Shown here one piece after another: positions 20,798 through 30,856 of a stretch of 64,000 nucleotides of DNA. Source of the stretch: Bdellovibrionales bacterium (GTDB taxonomy: Bacteria > Pseudomonadota > Alphaproteobacteria > UBA2400). The notes below the pieces were generated by a model, which did no database searches, was not told the DNA's origin, and saw only the letters and a list, made by a program, of their open reading frames with translations. Where the stretch lies: assembly GCA_039808765.1 (NCBI GenBank), contig JBDHTQ010000007.1:48127-112126 (forward strand), written 5' to 3'. The position numbers were made by a program, and so were the translations under genes. Numbering within the stretch: the first letter of the stretch is position 1; the number at the start of each line of letters is the position of its first letter.

Positions 20798-21763
20798 TTA
20801 AATCCATGCTAGACTGCGACCCAGTGTCACTTGGAATAAAGCAAAAAGTGGCATGGCAAGCAAGAGGCCATCAATACGATCCAAGACTCCACCATGGCCG
20901 GGCAAAATCGCGCCGGAATCCTTTACCCCGCATTTTCTTTTGATCATCGATTCCCCGATATCACCAATTTGTGCAACCACAGCAAAAAGCGAGGCAATAA
21001 GTGTGGCGTAAAAAGCGTTGTTAAAATCCATTGCAATTGCCAGAATGAGTGCAACAAGAGCCGCACTTGCCATGCCCCCTAATAGTCCGGCCCATGTTTT
21101 GTTCGGGCTCCATCGTGGTGAAAGCTTTGCTCCACCGATAAGGCGACCAAAAAAATATGCCCCAATATCAACACCCCATACGATAAAAACAATAAACAGA
21201 ATGAGATTACTGCTTTGGTTTTCCATCATCAAAACTTTAAGCCCCATAAGGCTGATCAAAAGATAGGGCAGCCCCATTGCGAAAAGAAAGGGCAATTTAA
21301 TTTTTAGTCTGCGTGCATTTGAATAATTGAGGATGAAGATAACGAGATAAATGAGGACACAAAACAATGCGTTGATGTGTAGGTGAGGATCACTCAAATT
21401 TAATTCAAAAAAAAGAAATGACGTGCAAAAAAAGACAAGAAAATTAGCAAAAATTATTTTTTTCAAACTCATAAAGGAATCATCGTGTGTGTTTTGCGAT
21501 GTCATGCGTTGCCATTCATGCAGCGCGATCGCTAAAACAATGGTAAAAAGTGTATACAATGCCATGCCGCCATAAAACAGAAAACCGATGATCATGGGAG
21601 CGGCGATAAGTGCTGTAAAAAGCCGTGGGATAAAGTCTTTGCCCAGTTTATTTGTTTTGGTCGGTGGTACTGACTCCGCCGAAACGTCTTTCACGTCGAT
21701 TGAATTCAGCAATGGCATAATCGATCTCCGTTCGTCCAAAATCCGGCCACAATGTATCGACAA
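20798..21763 (-). CDS. cdsA: Phosphatidate cytidylyltransferase; true start probably downstream of 21763
   Basis: DIGAYFFG, SPNKTWAG, GDIGESMIKR, KDSGAILPGHGGVLDRIDG. Confidence 0.95.
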   Translation of the reverse strand: MSIHCGRILDERRSIMPLLNSIDVKDVSAESVPPTKTNKLGKDFIPRLFTALIAAPMIIGFLFYGGMALYTLFTIVLAIALHEWQRMTSQNTHDDSFMSLKKIIFANFLVFFCTSFLFFELNLSDPHLHINALFCVLIYLVIFILNYSNARRLKIKLPFLFAMGLPYLLISLMGLKVLMMENQSSNLILFIVFIVWGVDIGAYFFGRLIGGAKLSPRWSPNKTWAGLLGGMASAALVALILAIAMDFNNAFYATLIASLFAVVAQIGDIGESMIKRKCGVKDSGAILPGHGGVLDRIDGLLLAMPLFALFQVTLGRSLAWI

Positions 21764-22388
21764 AAATCAATTCTGCATAGGCAATTTGCCAAAGCAAAAA
21801 ATTACTTATTCTCAATTCACCACTGGTGCGGATCAGAAGGTCTGGATCAGGAATATTTGCAGTCATCAGATTGTTGCTGATATCGTCGATAGATATGTTT
21901 TTTGGTTCGATCTCACCAAGCTCAACCATGTGGGCAATTTTTTGAACTGCATGCAACAACTCTTGCCGAGCGCCATAGCTAAACGCAATCGTTAACGTAA
22001 GACGCGTATTCTGTGCTGTTAGCTCTTCTACGGATTCAATTATTTTTATAACATCATCTTCCAAGCGGTGACGCTCGCCGATCACTCTTAAACGAATACC
22101 GTTTTTATGGAGCTCAGCCGCATTACTTTTTATGTAATAGCGAATGAGGCTCATTAACTCGCTTACCTCTTCAACCGGACGTGACCAATTCTCAGTAGAA
22201 AAACCAAAAAGCGTGAGATATTTAATGCCAAAATTCGCACACTCTTCCACAACATGACGAACAGTTTCTGCACCTTTTTTATGACCATACGTTCGTGGCA
22301 TGCCCCGTTTTTTAGCCCAACGCCCATTGCCATCCATAATGATGGCAATGTGTTGTGGAATACGCTCGCTGGACTCTTGTGCACCCAT
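21648..22388 (-). CDS. uppS: Undecaprenyl diphosphate synthase (isoprenyl transferase)
   Basis: HIAIIMDGNGRWA, FSTENWSRP, DPDLLIRTSGELRISNFLLWQ. Confidence 0.97.
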   Translation of the reverse strand: MGAQESSERIPQHIAIIMDGNGRWAKKRGMPRTYGHKKGAETVRHVVEECANFGIKYLTLFGFSTENWSRPVEEVSELMSLIRYYIKSNAAELHKNGIRLRVIGERHRLEDDVIKIIESVEELTAQNTRLTLTIAFSYGARQELLHAVQKIAHMVELGEIEPKNISIDDISNNLMTANIPDPDLLIRTSGELRISNFLLWQIAYAELIFVDTLWPDFGRTEIDYAIAEFNRRERRFGGVSTTDQNK

Positions 22389-22419
22389 CTTTGTCCTCTG
22401 TCCCTAAAAAACAGGACAA

Positions 22420-22977
22420 TTAAACTTGAGTAATGTCTTTTTCTTTATGCTCAAGACTTTCATCAATTTTTTTGATGTAAGTATCCGTCAATGTTTGGAT
22501 TTTTGTTGACCATACTTTTTGTTCGTCTTCGCTTAAATCACCATCTTTTTCTGCTTTTTTAATATCATCCATCCCATCGCGGCGGATATTGCGAACAGCA
22601 ATACGTGCCTGCTCTGCATATTTTGCGGCAACTTTTACCAATTCTTGTCGACGTTCTTCTGTTAGTGTTGGAATCGGAATACGAATCAGGTTGCCGTCGG
22701 ATTGTGGATTGAGGCCCAAATTAGCATCACGGATCGCCTTTTCAACTGCTTTGGCGTTACTTTTATCCCAAATTTGAACCGTGAGCATTCTTGGCTCTGG
22801 AGCGCCAATGGTGCCCACTTGATTAAGCGGCATCATTGAGCCGTAAACATCAACCATAACTGGATCAAGCAAACTGGTTGTTGCGCGGCCTGCACGGAGC
22901 CCGGAAAATTCTTTTCTCAGTGTCTCATGAACTTTACCCATGCGACTTTCAAGATCGCTCATCAAGTTCTCATCCAT
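22420..22977 (-). CDS. frr: Ribosome recycling factor
   Basis: [28 protein letters not shown]. Confidence 0.97.
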   Translation of the reverse strand: MDENLMSDLESRMGKVHETLRKEFSGLRAGRATTSLLDPVMVDVYGSMMPLNQVGTIGAPEPRMLTVQIWDKSNAKAVEKAIRDANLGLNPQSDGNLIRIPIPTLTEERRQELVKVAAKYAEQARIAVRNIRRDGMDDIKKAEKDGDLSEDEQKVWSTKIQTLTDTYIKKIDESLEHKEKDITQV

Positions 22978-23742
22978 TTATTTAAACTCCTCACAGATCA
23001 ATGTGCAATGGCCGTGTCCCTGAACAACTTCAGCAAACGCGCCATGCTCATGAATTGAAAAAACACTGATTGTCATATGGTTGTCACGCGCCAAGGTAAA
23101 AGCCGTTGCATCCATTACCTTTAGATTTTTGGTAATGGCTTCTGTGAACGAAAGGGTGGCGTAACGCTTGGCTTCAGGATTCTTGTTGGGATCACTGTCA
23201 TAGACGCCATCTACTTTTGTTGCTTTTAAAAGCAAGTTACAATTCATTTCAGTGGCACGTAGAACTGCAGCGGTATCAGTTGTAAAAAACGGATTACCCG
23301 TTCCTGCAGCAAAAATAACGACTCGCCCCTTCTCCATATGGCGAATAGCACGTCGACGGATATAGGTCTCGCTTACTTGTGCCATGGCCAATGCCGACTG
23401 AACACGTGTCTGGACATCAATTTTTTCTAGTGCTGCTTGCAATGCCAAGGCATTAATTACAGTGCCAAGCATACCCATATAGTCGCCGGTTACGCGATCC
23501 ATGCCTAACTCAACGCCTGTCGCGCCACGGTAAATATTACCGGCACCGATAACCAGACAAACTTGACCACCCATCGCGATAACGGCTTTCACCTCTTCCG
23601 CAATACGCGCAACCGTGGGGGGGTGCAGACCGAAATCTTTATCAGGCCCAGCAAAAACTTCACCTGATAACTTTAGTAAAACACGCTGATATTTAAGAGA
23701 AGGAGAAACATTTAAAACAGCTTGATCCGCTTGCCCCATCAT
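22978..23742 (-). CDS. pyrH: UMP kinase
   Basis: [49 protein letters not shown]. Confidence 0.97.
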   Translation of the reverse strand: MMGQADQAVLNVSPSLKYQRVLLKLSGEVFAGPDKDFGLHPPTVARIAEEVKAVIAMGGQVCLVIGAGNIYRGATGVELGMDRVTGDYMGMLGTVINALALQAALEKIDVQTRVQSALAMAQVSETYIRRRAIRHMEKGRVVIFAAGTGNPFFTTDTAAVLRATEMNCNLLLKATKVDGVYDSDPNKNPEAKRYATLSFTEAITKNLKVMDATAFTLARDNHMTISVFSIHEHGAFAEVVQGHGHCTLICEEFK

Positions 23743-23806
23743 GTTTCTCCTTATTTAAAGTCATCCAAACTGGTAAGAGGAAGAATCTCCTCTTCTCTCT
23801 TCTCTT

Positions 23807-24736
23807 TTAGGCCACACCAGCTTGCGCGGCAACTTCTGCAGCAAAGTCAGTTTGCGGCTTATCAATTCCCTCACCCAAGGCATAACGGGTGAACGATTTA
23901 ATTGCTACAGCTGCTCCGAAATCCTTGGAAGCTTTTTCAATTACTTGCTTCACACGACTTTCGCCATCAATCATATAGAGTTGCTCGAGCAGAACAACGT
24001 CCTCATAATATTTGCGCATCCGCCCTTCAACCATCTTGGCAATGATATCAGCAGGTTTGCCGGTATTCGCTGTTTGCTCAAGAATAATATTGCGTTCGCG
24101 ATTGGCTTTTTCTTGATCAACCTCATCCACTGTTAAAGCATCTGGACGAGCGGCGGCAATGTGCATGGCGATCTGCTTGCCCAGTTCATCCACCTTATCA
24201 GCGGGCGCTGCTGTTTCAATGGCAACCAGCACACCAATTTTACCCAAACCGGAAGCAACCGCACTATGGATGTAACCCGAAACAACACCTTGTCCAATCG
24301 TGATTGTTTGAACGCGGCGCAGCGTCATATTTTCACCGATAGTTGCAATCAGGTTTGTAATTGAGTCTTTAACGGTTTTACCGTTTGACATTGTTTCATT
24401 TTCTAAAGCGGCAATATCATTTACGTTGTTTTTCAGGGCGATTTCAGCTGTTTCTTTAACAAACGCTTGGAATTGCTCGTTACGTGCAACAAAGTCAGTT
24501 TCGGAGTTTACTTCAAGTACTGTTCCTTTAGCGCCTTGTGTGCAAATTGAAACAAGGCCTTCAGCAGCCACGCGGCCGGATTTCTTGGCCGCTGAGGCCA
24601 ACCCTTTTTTACGCAAATAATCGACTGCTTCTTCAATGTTACCATTTGTTTCGACGAGCGCTTTTTTACAATCAAGCATACCTGCGCCCGTTTTTTCGCG
24701 CAGCTCTTTCACTAATGCAGCGGACAATTCAGCCAT
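23807..24736 (-). CDS. tsf: Elongation factor Ts
   Basis: VKELREKTGAGMLDCKKAL, EVNSETDFVARN, IGENM, IAMHIAA. Confidence 0.98.
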   Translation of the reverse strand: MAELSAALVKELREKTGAGMLDCKKALVETNGNIEEAVDYLRKKGLASAAKKSGRVAAEGLVSICTQGAKGTVLEVNSETDFVARNEQFQAFVKETAEIALKNNVNDIAALENETMSNGKTVKDSITNLIATIGENMTLRRVQTITIGQGVVSGYIHSAVASGLGKIGVLVAIETAAPADKVDELGKQIAMHIAAARPDALTVDEVDQEKANRERNIILEQTANTGKPADIIAKMVEGRMRKYYEDVVLLEQLYMIDGESRVKQVIEKASKDFGAAVAIKSFTRYALGEGIDKPQTDFAAEVAAQAGVA

Positions 24737-24770
24737 TTTTATTCTCCCATTGAGAGTTGATTTAACATGT

Positions 24771-24808
24771 GAGCGGAAAGCTCCGGCTATGCAGCCGGAG
24801 TTTCGTTC
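24771..24808 (-). promoter_or_regulatory. Stem-loop overlapping the rpsB stop codon (possible attenuator or processing signal before tsf)
   Basis: Perfect 8-bp core CTCCGGCT/AGCCGGAG (24781-24788 / 24793-24800) extended by imperfect outer arms. Confidence 0.45.
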
Positions 24809-25584
24809 AGATCAGAGTCTGTCTGTGTAGATTGCACTTCTGCAACAGCTTCAATCTGAGGTGCTTCAGCTTCGCCAAGATCGGCGCCAGAGCTGCTCAT
24901 TTCAGCCTGAATACCATCAAGAACGGCACCGGCAACGAGATCGCAGTAGAACTCAATCGCGCGCAATGCATCGTCGTTACCGGGAATGGGGAACGTAATG
25001 CCATCGGGGCTTGAGTTGCTATCGATAATAGCCACGACAGGAATTCCCAGTGTTTGGGCTTCTTGAATAGCGATTGCTTCTTTATTTGTATCGATCACGA
25101 AAAGAATGGAGGGTAAACCGCCCATATCTTTAATACCGCCCAAAGAGGCAGAAAGCTTGGAAACATCGCGTTCCATTTCAAGAATTTCACGCTTGGTGAA
25201 GCCTTCACGGTCGCCTTCAAGCTTTGCTTGGGATTCGCGCAAGCGCTTGATTGATTGGTTAATCGTTTTCCAGTTGGTGAGCATACCGCCCAACCAGCGA
25301 TAGTTTACATAATACTGCCCGCAACGCTCGGCTGCATCTTTGACAATGTCTTGCGCTTGACGCTTGGTTGCAACAAACAGAACACGACCGCCCTTGGCTG
25401 TCACTTCGCGAATGGCTTCCAATGCACGTGAGAGCATCGGCGCTGTTTGATCAAGGTCAAGGATATGGATACCGTTGCGCACGCCAAAGATATAAGGCTT
25501 CATCTTCGGGTTCCAACGACGGGTGTGGTGGCCAAAATGAACGCCTGCTTCAAGCAATTGGCGCATGGTATAGGTTGGCATCAT
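24787..25584 (-). CDS. rpsB: 30S ribosomal protein S2
   Basis: [32 protein letters not shown]. Confidence 0.98.
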   Translation of the reverse strand: MMPTYTMRQLLEAGVHFGHHTRRWNPKMKPYIFGVRNGIHILDLDQTAPMLSRALEAIREVTAKGGRVLFVATKRQAQDIVKDAAERCGQYYVNYRWLGGMLTNWKTINQSIKRLRESQAKLEGDREGFTKREILEMERDVSKLSASLGGIKDMGGLPSILFVIDTNKEAIAIQEAQTLGIPVVAIIDSNSSPDGITFPIPGNDDALRAIEFYCDLVAGAVLDGIQAEMSSSGADLGEAEAPQIEAVAEVQSTQTDSDLNETPAA

Positions 25585-25694
25585 AATGAATTACTCCTTC
25601 TTCCGGTTAAGCCTCCGCAAGGGCAATCTGTATCCAACCAACTTGGACACCGGAACGGCGCCGGGCTATGCCCCTTGCCTCCCTTGCGTGTGGG
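25585..25694 (-). ncRNA. rpsB 5' leader RNA (S2 autoregulatory element)
   Basis: Minus strand reads CCCACACGCAAGGGAGGCAA...CCGGTG...TTGCCCTTGCGGAGGCTTAACCGG; long stem flanked by the CACAC and GGAGG-TAACC motifs typical of rpsB leaders; promoter TTGCTC-N17-TATTAA just upstream. Confidence 0.7.
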
Positions 25695-25953
25695 ATGAAG
25701 GGTTAATAACCAATCTTGCCATGAAGAGCAAGATTTTCTTCACTTTAAAAACTGTAAAAAAGTAATTTTTAGCTGTTTTTGTTCATCCAAGCTTTGATTA
25801 ATCGCTTTATTGGTTATGAAAAAGGCTAACGTGCTCGTCAGGCGGCCGCTGATTGAGAGCAAAAATCTTCGTTAACATGAAAAGAGAAAGGCATATCCTC
25901 ACCCCTTTTATATCAAAATTTGTCGTATGAACATTATACGCCCCACGCATTTG

Positions 25954-26637
25954 CTAGATAACAAACGGGTTTTTGCAACCATTTATATAATTTCTTCTCA
26001 TCGTTTCTGGGAGCTTAACAAGGCGTGGTCTTGCTGCCAATAAAAACTGTGGTACAAAGCCAAGTTTCTGTTGGGCTAACGCTGTAAAGATGACTGCATA
26101 GTATGCATCACCCTGCCAATTATACCTTGCCCCATAAGGCGCAGGCTGTTGTTCTAAGGATATGAATGGCTGACCATCATTATCCGTAAATAAACAGTTG
26201 ATCATATTTAGGGTGTTAGTTATATCAGCATCTCTGGTTTCAGGAGAGAAAGTAAGCAAACCCTCTGTGCGCGGGAATTTATCTGAAAAGGGATAAATAA
26301 TTTCACATGCCCTTAAAGCAATCTCACAAACGATTGATTCTGGATCACCATGGGTTGAATGATTCTGACTCAACAAGCCGATTGTGGCAGTGTTAGCGTG
26401 CCTCCGAAAGGAAAAATTTATTTTTTCTTTATGTTGCCATCGGTTAGAAACTTGATCGGTATAATTTTTTAACAAAAAAAAATCGTTGTCATTACAAAAG
26501 TCGAGTTGAATATGTATACTGTAAGAACCATTTACGATACCGAATTTAGAGATATCGCTTGTTGTTAAAAAGGCAAAAGTAAGGCGTGGAACGATCGCAC
26601 TCATCTGTGGTGTTACACCTACTCTTGTTTTGCTCAT
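25954..26637 (-). CDS. Hypothetical protein
   Basis: 227-aa ORF with GAGGA SD; no family recognised. Confidence 0.6.
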   Translation of the reverse strand: MSKTRVGVTPQMSAIVPRLTFAFLTTSDISKFGIVNGSYSIHIQLDFCNDNDFFLLKNYTDQVSNRWQHKEKINFSFRRHANTATIGLLSQNHSTHGDPESIVCEIALRACEIIYPFSDKFPRTEGLLTFSPETRDADITNTLNMINCLFTDNDGQPFISLEQQPAPYGARYNWQGDAYYAVIFTALAQQKLGFVPQFLLAARPRLVKLPETMRRNYINGCKNPFVI

Positions 26638-26699
26638 ACAGAATATATCCTCAGTTAAGTGATTTGATTACAAAGGTGCCTCGATGTAACGTTAAGAAT

Positions 26700-26837
26700 T
26701 TATTGGGGTCTTGAGCCGCGGTTACCACAAATGCTGTGTCTGCAAGGTGGAGCACAGCCCGTATGCCGTTCAATACTGAATGTCAATGGCTCAGGATCAT
26801 ACTGCAAACTATCCCCATCGATTTTATACATTGTCAT
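26700..26837 (-). CDS. Putative 45-aa small protein (MTMYKIDGDSLQYDPEPLTFSIERHTGCAPPCRHSICGNRGSRPQ); not in the ORF track
   Basis: Hand translation; SD AGGTGAT immediately upstream of ATG; co-oriented with its neighbours. Confidence 0.4.
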   Translation of the reverse strand: MTMYKIDGDSLQYDPEPLTFSIERHTGCAPPCRHSICGNRGSRPQ

Positions 26838-26893
26838 AATATCACCTGAACATGTAAAACAAGGTGTGCAGCTAACTTATTGAGCGATCAACG

Positions 26894-27079
26894 TCAAGGT
26901 CTTTTTATTGGGCCGTAGATTTTAGGGCGAGGCACATTATGTGCAGGCGACCACACAGAGGGGACAAAACGAGGGATAGAACTGGCTACCCCAGTGACAC
27001 TACCGTTACGTCCCTTAACGCTAAGTGCGTCAGAAAGTATTTTTAAGGCACCGGCTGGCAGATTGCAGTCCTTAAGCAT
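26894..27079 (-). CDS. Putative 61-aa small protein
   Basis: SD GGAGGGG 3 nt before ATG; promoter-like sequence upstream. Confidence 0.45.
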   Translation of the reverse strand: MLKDCNLPAGALKILSDALSVKGRNGSVTGVASSIPRFVPSVWSPAHNVPRPKIYGPIKRP

Positions 27080-27120
27080 GGTCCCCTCCGCTCTGAGATA
27101 AGCTACGTTATAAGTTGTAG

Positions 27121-27149
27121 AAGGTAGTGCTTGTTCTAATATACGTCAA
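27121..27149 (-). promoter_or_regulatory. Putative sigma-70 promoter for the small-ORF cluster
   Basis: TTGACG-N17-TACCTT on the minus strand. Confidence 0.4.
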
Positions 27150-27290
27150 TAATTCTTTCGCCATTCGCAACGCGTTGTATTGCCGCTTCACAAATGGCAT
27201 TCACCGGAACACACAAATCCGGCTATGAGCTGTTTAAAGGATTTGTGAAAGGACTTGATAGGGAGGTTTCTATCGCAAAAGTCAATTTTT

Positions 27291-30200
27291 TCAAAAACTT
27301 TGAATCTCGATCACGCCGGGAATATTATAGAGAGATTGCTGATCCTCCTGCGAGAGTTGGTAGCGGCCATCAAGGCTAATTTCAGCTTCTTTTCCAGCTC
27401 CACACATCATTTTTAGGCTAATGGTTTGTTTATTTCCCCCCTCACCTTGCTTGCTCATGAGTTTTTGATGAAGAAGTTGCAATCCCTCACTGCCGTTCAA
27501 GGTGATAATTAATCCGTTTTGAACACGTTCTAATGCCTCGTCAAGCGATTCAATTTTAAAGCAGGTTAAACGCACACCTTCTTCTTGGGCTTGGACATCA
27601 ACCGAGGCCATAACTCTCTTGCCAGTTTCGAGAATATTTCTATTCGCAGCCAAAACCTCTGAAAACACCATCATCTCAACCACGCCTGAACTATCCGAAA
27701 GCTGAACAAATGCAAACGTATTGCCAGACTTTGATTTTTTAACAGTGGTAGAAAGAACAACCCCTGCAATACGAAATCGCGTCATGCTGGCACCGCGAGC
27801 ACGCCATGACAACTCAAGTATGGGAACAACCCGTAATCTATCTAAAATAACTTTAAATTGATCCAGTGGGTGAGCTGAGAGAAAAAAGCCGATTGCGCTA
27901 AATTCTTCCTGTAGCTTTGTCATTGAATCCCAGTTTTGCACTTTTCTAAGAGCTGGAAGGCTGTTTTGATCGTCTCCACCAAACAGGTTAACCTGTCCGC
28001 TTGCTTTTTCGACTTGAAGGCGTTGACCATATCCCATTAGCAAATCAATATTGGCAATAAGTTGTGCGCGATTGGGTGAGAGCGTATCAAAGGCACCCGC
28101 TTTTGCAAGATTTTCCAGCGTTTTTCGATTGCATGAACCATAATCAACACGCCTGAAAAAATCAGCAAGATCAGAATATTTTCCATCTTCATTACGGTTG
28201 CGCACAAGCAGTGACATGCCATGCGCACCAACGCCTTTTATTGCTGAAAGTGCATAGCGAATGGCTTTCTTTCCATCAGGCAAAACCTCCACGGCAAAAT
28301 CTTTGTACGACCATTGCACATCAGGTGGCAGCAAGGTTATTCCCATGCGCTCAAGCTCTTGTCTGAAGAGGCAAAGTTTATCAGTATTGCCGATATCATA
28401 CGTCATGGAAGCGGCCATGAATTCGATTGGATGGTTCGCTTTTAGATAGGCCGTCTGATACGAAATTAATGCATAGGCCGCAGCATGACTTTTGTTGAAG
28501 CCGTAGTCAGCAAATTTAGCCATCAGGTCAAAGACACGATTGGCATCTTCATCGCTTACACCATTTTTGATCGATCCTTCTACAAAAATACTGCGCTGCT
28601 TATCCATCTCCTCTTTAATTTTTTTACCCATTGCGCGCCGCAGTAAATCTGCGCCGCCAAGCGAGTAACCCGCCATAACCTTACCAATTTCCATCACCTG
28701 TTCTTGATAGACCATGATGCCGTAGGTTTCTTTCAAAATATTTTCGAGCATTGCATGGGGGTACTCGGGCTTTGCCACACCATTTTTTACATCTGCATAT
28801 ACGGGTATATTAGCCATGGGGCCGGGACGGTAGAGCGCAACAAGCGCAATGATATCCTCAATTCGATCAGGCCGAATACGTCGTAAAGCATCACGCATTC
28901 CCGCAGATTCTACTTGAAACACACCCATTGTTTCAGCTTTCTGCAGGAGGGTGTAGGTTTTTGAATCATCAAGCGGAATCCCATCAATATCTGGCGCTGT
29001 TCCATCCTGTACGTTGATCATATCAACCGCACGCTTGATTACTGTAATTGTTTTTAATCCTAAAAAGTCGAACTTAACCAGACCTGCCTGCTCAACATAT
29101 TTTAAATTAAATTGTGTAGCGGGTAAAGTTGAGCGCGGATCCAGAAAGAGGGGCACAAGATGAGAAATTGGTCGATCACCGATAACCACTCCGGCTGCGT
29201 GCGTCGATGCATGCCGATAAAGCCCTTCAAGCTTTTGAGCAATTTCTACCAGCCGATCATTCCCCTCCTCTGCTTTGATCATCTCTTGCAGCATTGGTTC
29301 GCCTTCTATCGCTTGCGAGAGAGTTACCGGATGAGCGGGATTGTTTGGTACAAGTTTACAAAGCTTATCAACCCGGCTCCATGAAAATCCGAGCACACGC
29401 CCAACATCGCGCAAAACCGCACGTGCTTGAAGTTTTCCGAACGTAATAATTTGCGCAACACGATCTTTGCCATACTTCTCTTGCACATAATCAATAACTT
29501 CCTCGCGTCTGTCCTGACAAAAATCAACGTCGAAGTCCGGCATAGAAACGCGTTCAGGATTAAGAAACCGCTCAAACAGTAAATTGAAAGGAATCGGATT
29601 AATATTGGTAATCGTCAGCGCCCAAGCAACCAACGATCCAGCTCCCGAACCACGACCAGGCCCCACGGGAATATCGTGAGCTTTTGCCCACTTAATAAAA
29701 TCAGATGTGATGAGAAAATAACCGGGAAATCCCATTTTACAGATTACAGAAAGCTCCATTTCCAACCGATCACGGTACATGTCCTTTTCTTCTTCAGTCA
29801 ACGACATTTTACCAAAGCGCTTTTCCAGACCATCGCGGCTTTGCTGAATAAATTCTTCTTCTTCGTTTCTTCCTTCTGCTGATTCAAACGGTGGCAAAAT
29901 AGGCTTGTGCTTCTTCACCATAAAGGCACAGCGCTGGGCGATGTGAACCGTATTTTCTACCGCTTCTGGCAGATCAGCAAAAAGCATTCTCATTTCGGCG
30001 CTTGATTTGAAAAAATGCTCTGGTGAAACACGTCGGCGATTATTTTCATCGATAATCACGCCCTGTGCAATGCAAAGCAGCGCATCTTGCGCTTCATACA
30101 TCCCTGCATCAGCAAAGTAACAATCGTTGGTAGCAACGAGGGGGAGGTTATGTTTGTAAGCAAGATTGATTAAATCAGCCTCAATTTTATTTTCAGTTGT

Positions 30201-30728
30201 CAGATTGTGGCGTTGAATTTCAATATAGAGGCGGTTTTCAAAAAGAGACTTAAGTCTAAGAAGCATGTTTTCAGCTTCATCTTTTTGTCCATCAAGCAAC
30301 AAACGGCCCACTGGACTGTCGATGCTGCCAGTAAAAACAATTAATCCTTCATGGTGCTGCACGAATAAGTCCTGCGAAATCTGAGGCTCGGATTCCTGTG
30401 CACTATCGAGATACGCATGAGAGGAAAGCTGCATTAAATTGTGATAGCCTTGCTCGCTTTGAACAAGAAAAACCATTTTATCAGGCTGTTTTACGCCTTT
30501 ACCCTCAACGTCGCGTTTTATTGAAAGTTGACAACCGATAATCGGCTGGATGCCAGCATCTGCTGCCGCTAGCGAAAACTCAAGTGCGCCAAATAAATTG
30601 TTGCTGTCTGTGATCGCCACCGCAGGCATATCATTCTTGAGGCATAGTTTTATCAACGCCTTGGGATGGATAGCGCCCTCGGCCAGAGAATAGGACGAAT
30701 GGACACGAAGATGGATAAACTGGTTCAT
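27291..30728 (-). CDS. dnaE: DNA polymerase III alpha subunit
   Basis: PHP motif HLRVHSSYSL, GPGRGSGAGS, FERFLNPERVSMPDFDVDF, VKFDFLGL, YGFNKSHAAAY. Confidence 0.98.
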   Translation of the reverse strand: MNQFIHLRVHSSYSLAEGAIHPKALIKLCLKNDMPAVAITDSNNLFGALEFSLAAADAGIQPIIGCQLSIKRDVEGKGVKQPDKMVFLVQSEQGYHNLMQLSSHAYLDSAQESEPQISQDLFVQHHEGLIVFTGSIDSPVGRLLLDGQKDEAENMLLRLKSLFENRLYIEIQRHNLTTENKIEADLINLAYKHNLPLVATNDCYFADAGMYEAQDALLCIAQGVIIDENNRRRVSPEHFFKSSAEMRMLFADLPEAVENTVHIAQRCAFMVKKHKPILPPFESAEGRNEEEEFIQQSRDGLEKRFGKMSLTEEEKDMYRDRLEMELSVICKMGFPGYFLITSDFIKWAKAHDIPVGPGRGSGAGSLVAWALTITNINPIPFNLLFERFLNPERVSMPDFDVDFCQDRREEVIDYVQEKYGKDRVAQIITFGKLQARAVLRDVGRVLGFSWSRVDKLCKLVPNNPAHPVTLSQAIEGEPMLQEMIKAEEGNDRLVEIAQKLEGLYRHASTHAAGVVIGDRPISHLVPLFLDPRSTLPATQFNLKYVEQAGLVKFDFLGLKTITVIKRAVDMINVQDGTAPDIDGIPLDDSKTYTLLQKAETMGVFQVESAGMRDALRRIRPDRIEDIIALVALYRPGPMANIPVYADVKNGVAKPEYPHAMLENILKETYGIMVYQEQVMEIGKVMAGYSLGGADLLRRAMGKKIKEEMDKQRSIFVEGSIKNGVSDEDANRVFDLMAKFADYGFNKSHAAAYALISYQTAYLKANHPIEFMAASMTYDIGNTDKLCLFRQELERMGITLLPPDVQWSYKDFAVEVLPDGKKAIRYALSAIKGVGAHGMSLLVRNRNEDGKYSDLADFFRRVDYGSCNRKTLENLAKAGAFDTLSPNRAQLIANIDLLMGYGQRLQVEKASGQVNLFGGDDQNSLPALRKVQNWDSMTKLQEEFSAIGFFLSAHPLDQFKVILDRLRVVPILELSWRARGASMTRFRIAGVVLSTTVKKSKSGNTFAFVQLSDSSGVVEMMVFSEVLAANRNILETGKRVMASVDVQAQEEGVRLTCFKIESLDEALERVQNGLIITLNGSEGLQLLHQKLMSKQGEGGNKQTISLKMMCGAGKEAEISLDGRYQLSQEDQQSLYNIPGVIEIQSF

Positions 30729-30856
30729 TTAATCGTTATGGCGCGCAAAAAGCCAGCAATCAACTATTAACACTCAACAACGACATTTATCTTGTATTAT
30801 GTCTGGCCATTTGCTATAGGTGCTTGTGTATTCTAATATATTTTATGGAGATTTAA

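Noticed and set aside
27187-27249. Alternative pairing of GGATTTGTGAA with TTCACAAAT or CACAAATCC downstream of dnaE (switch-like RNA)
   Set aside because: Stems are only 9 bp, with no recognisable aptamer or terminator; may be chance
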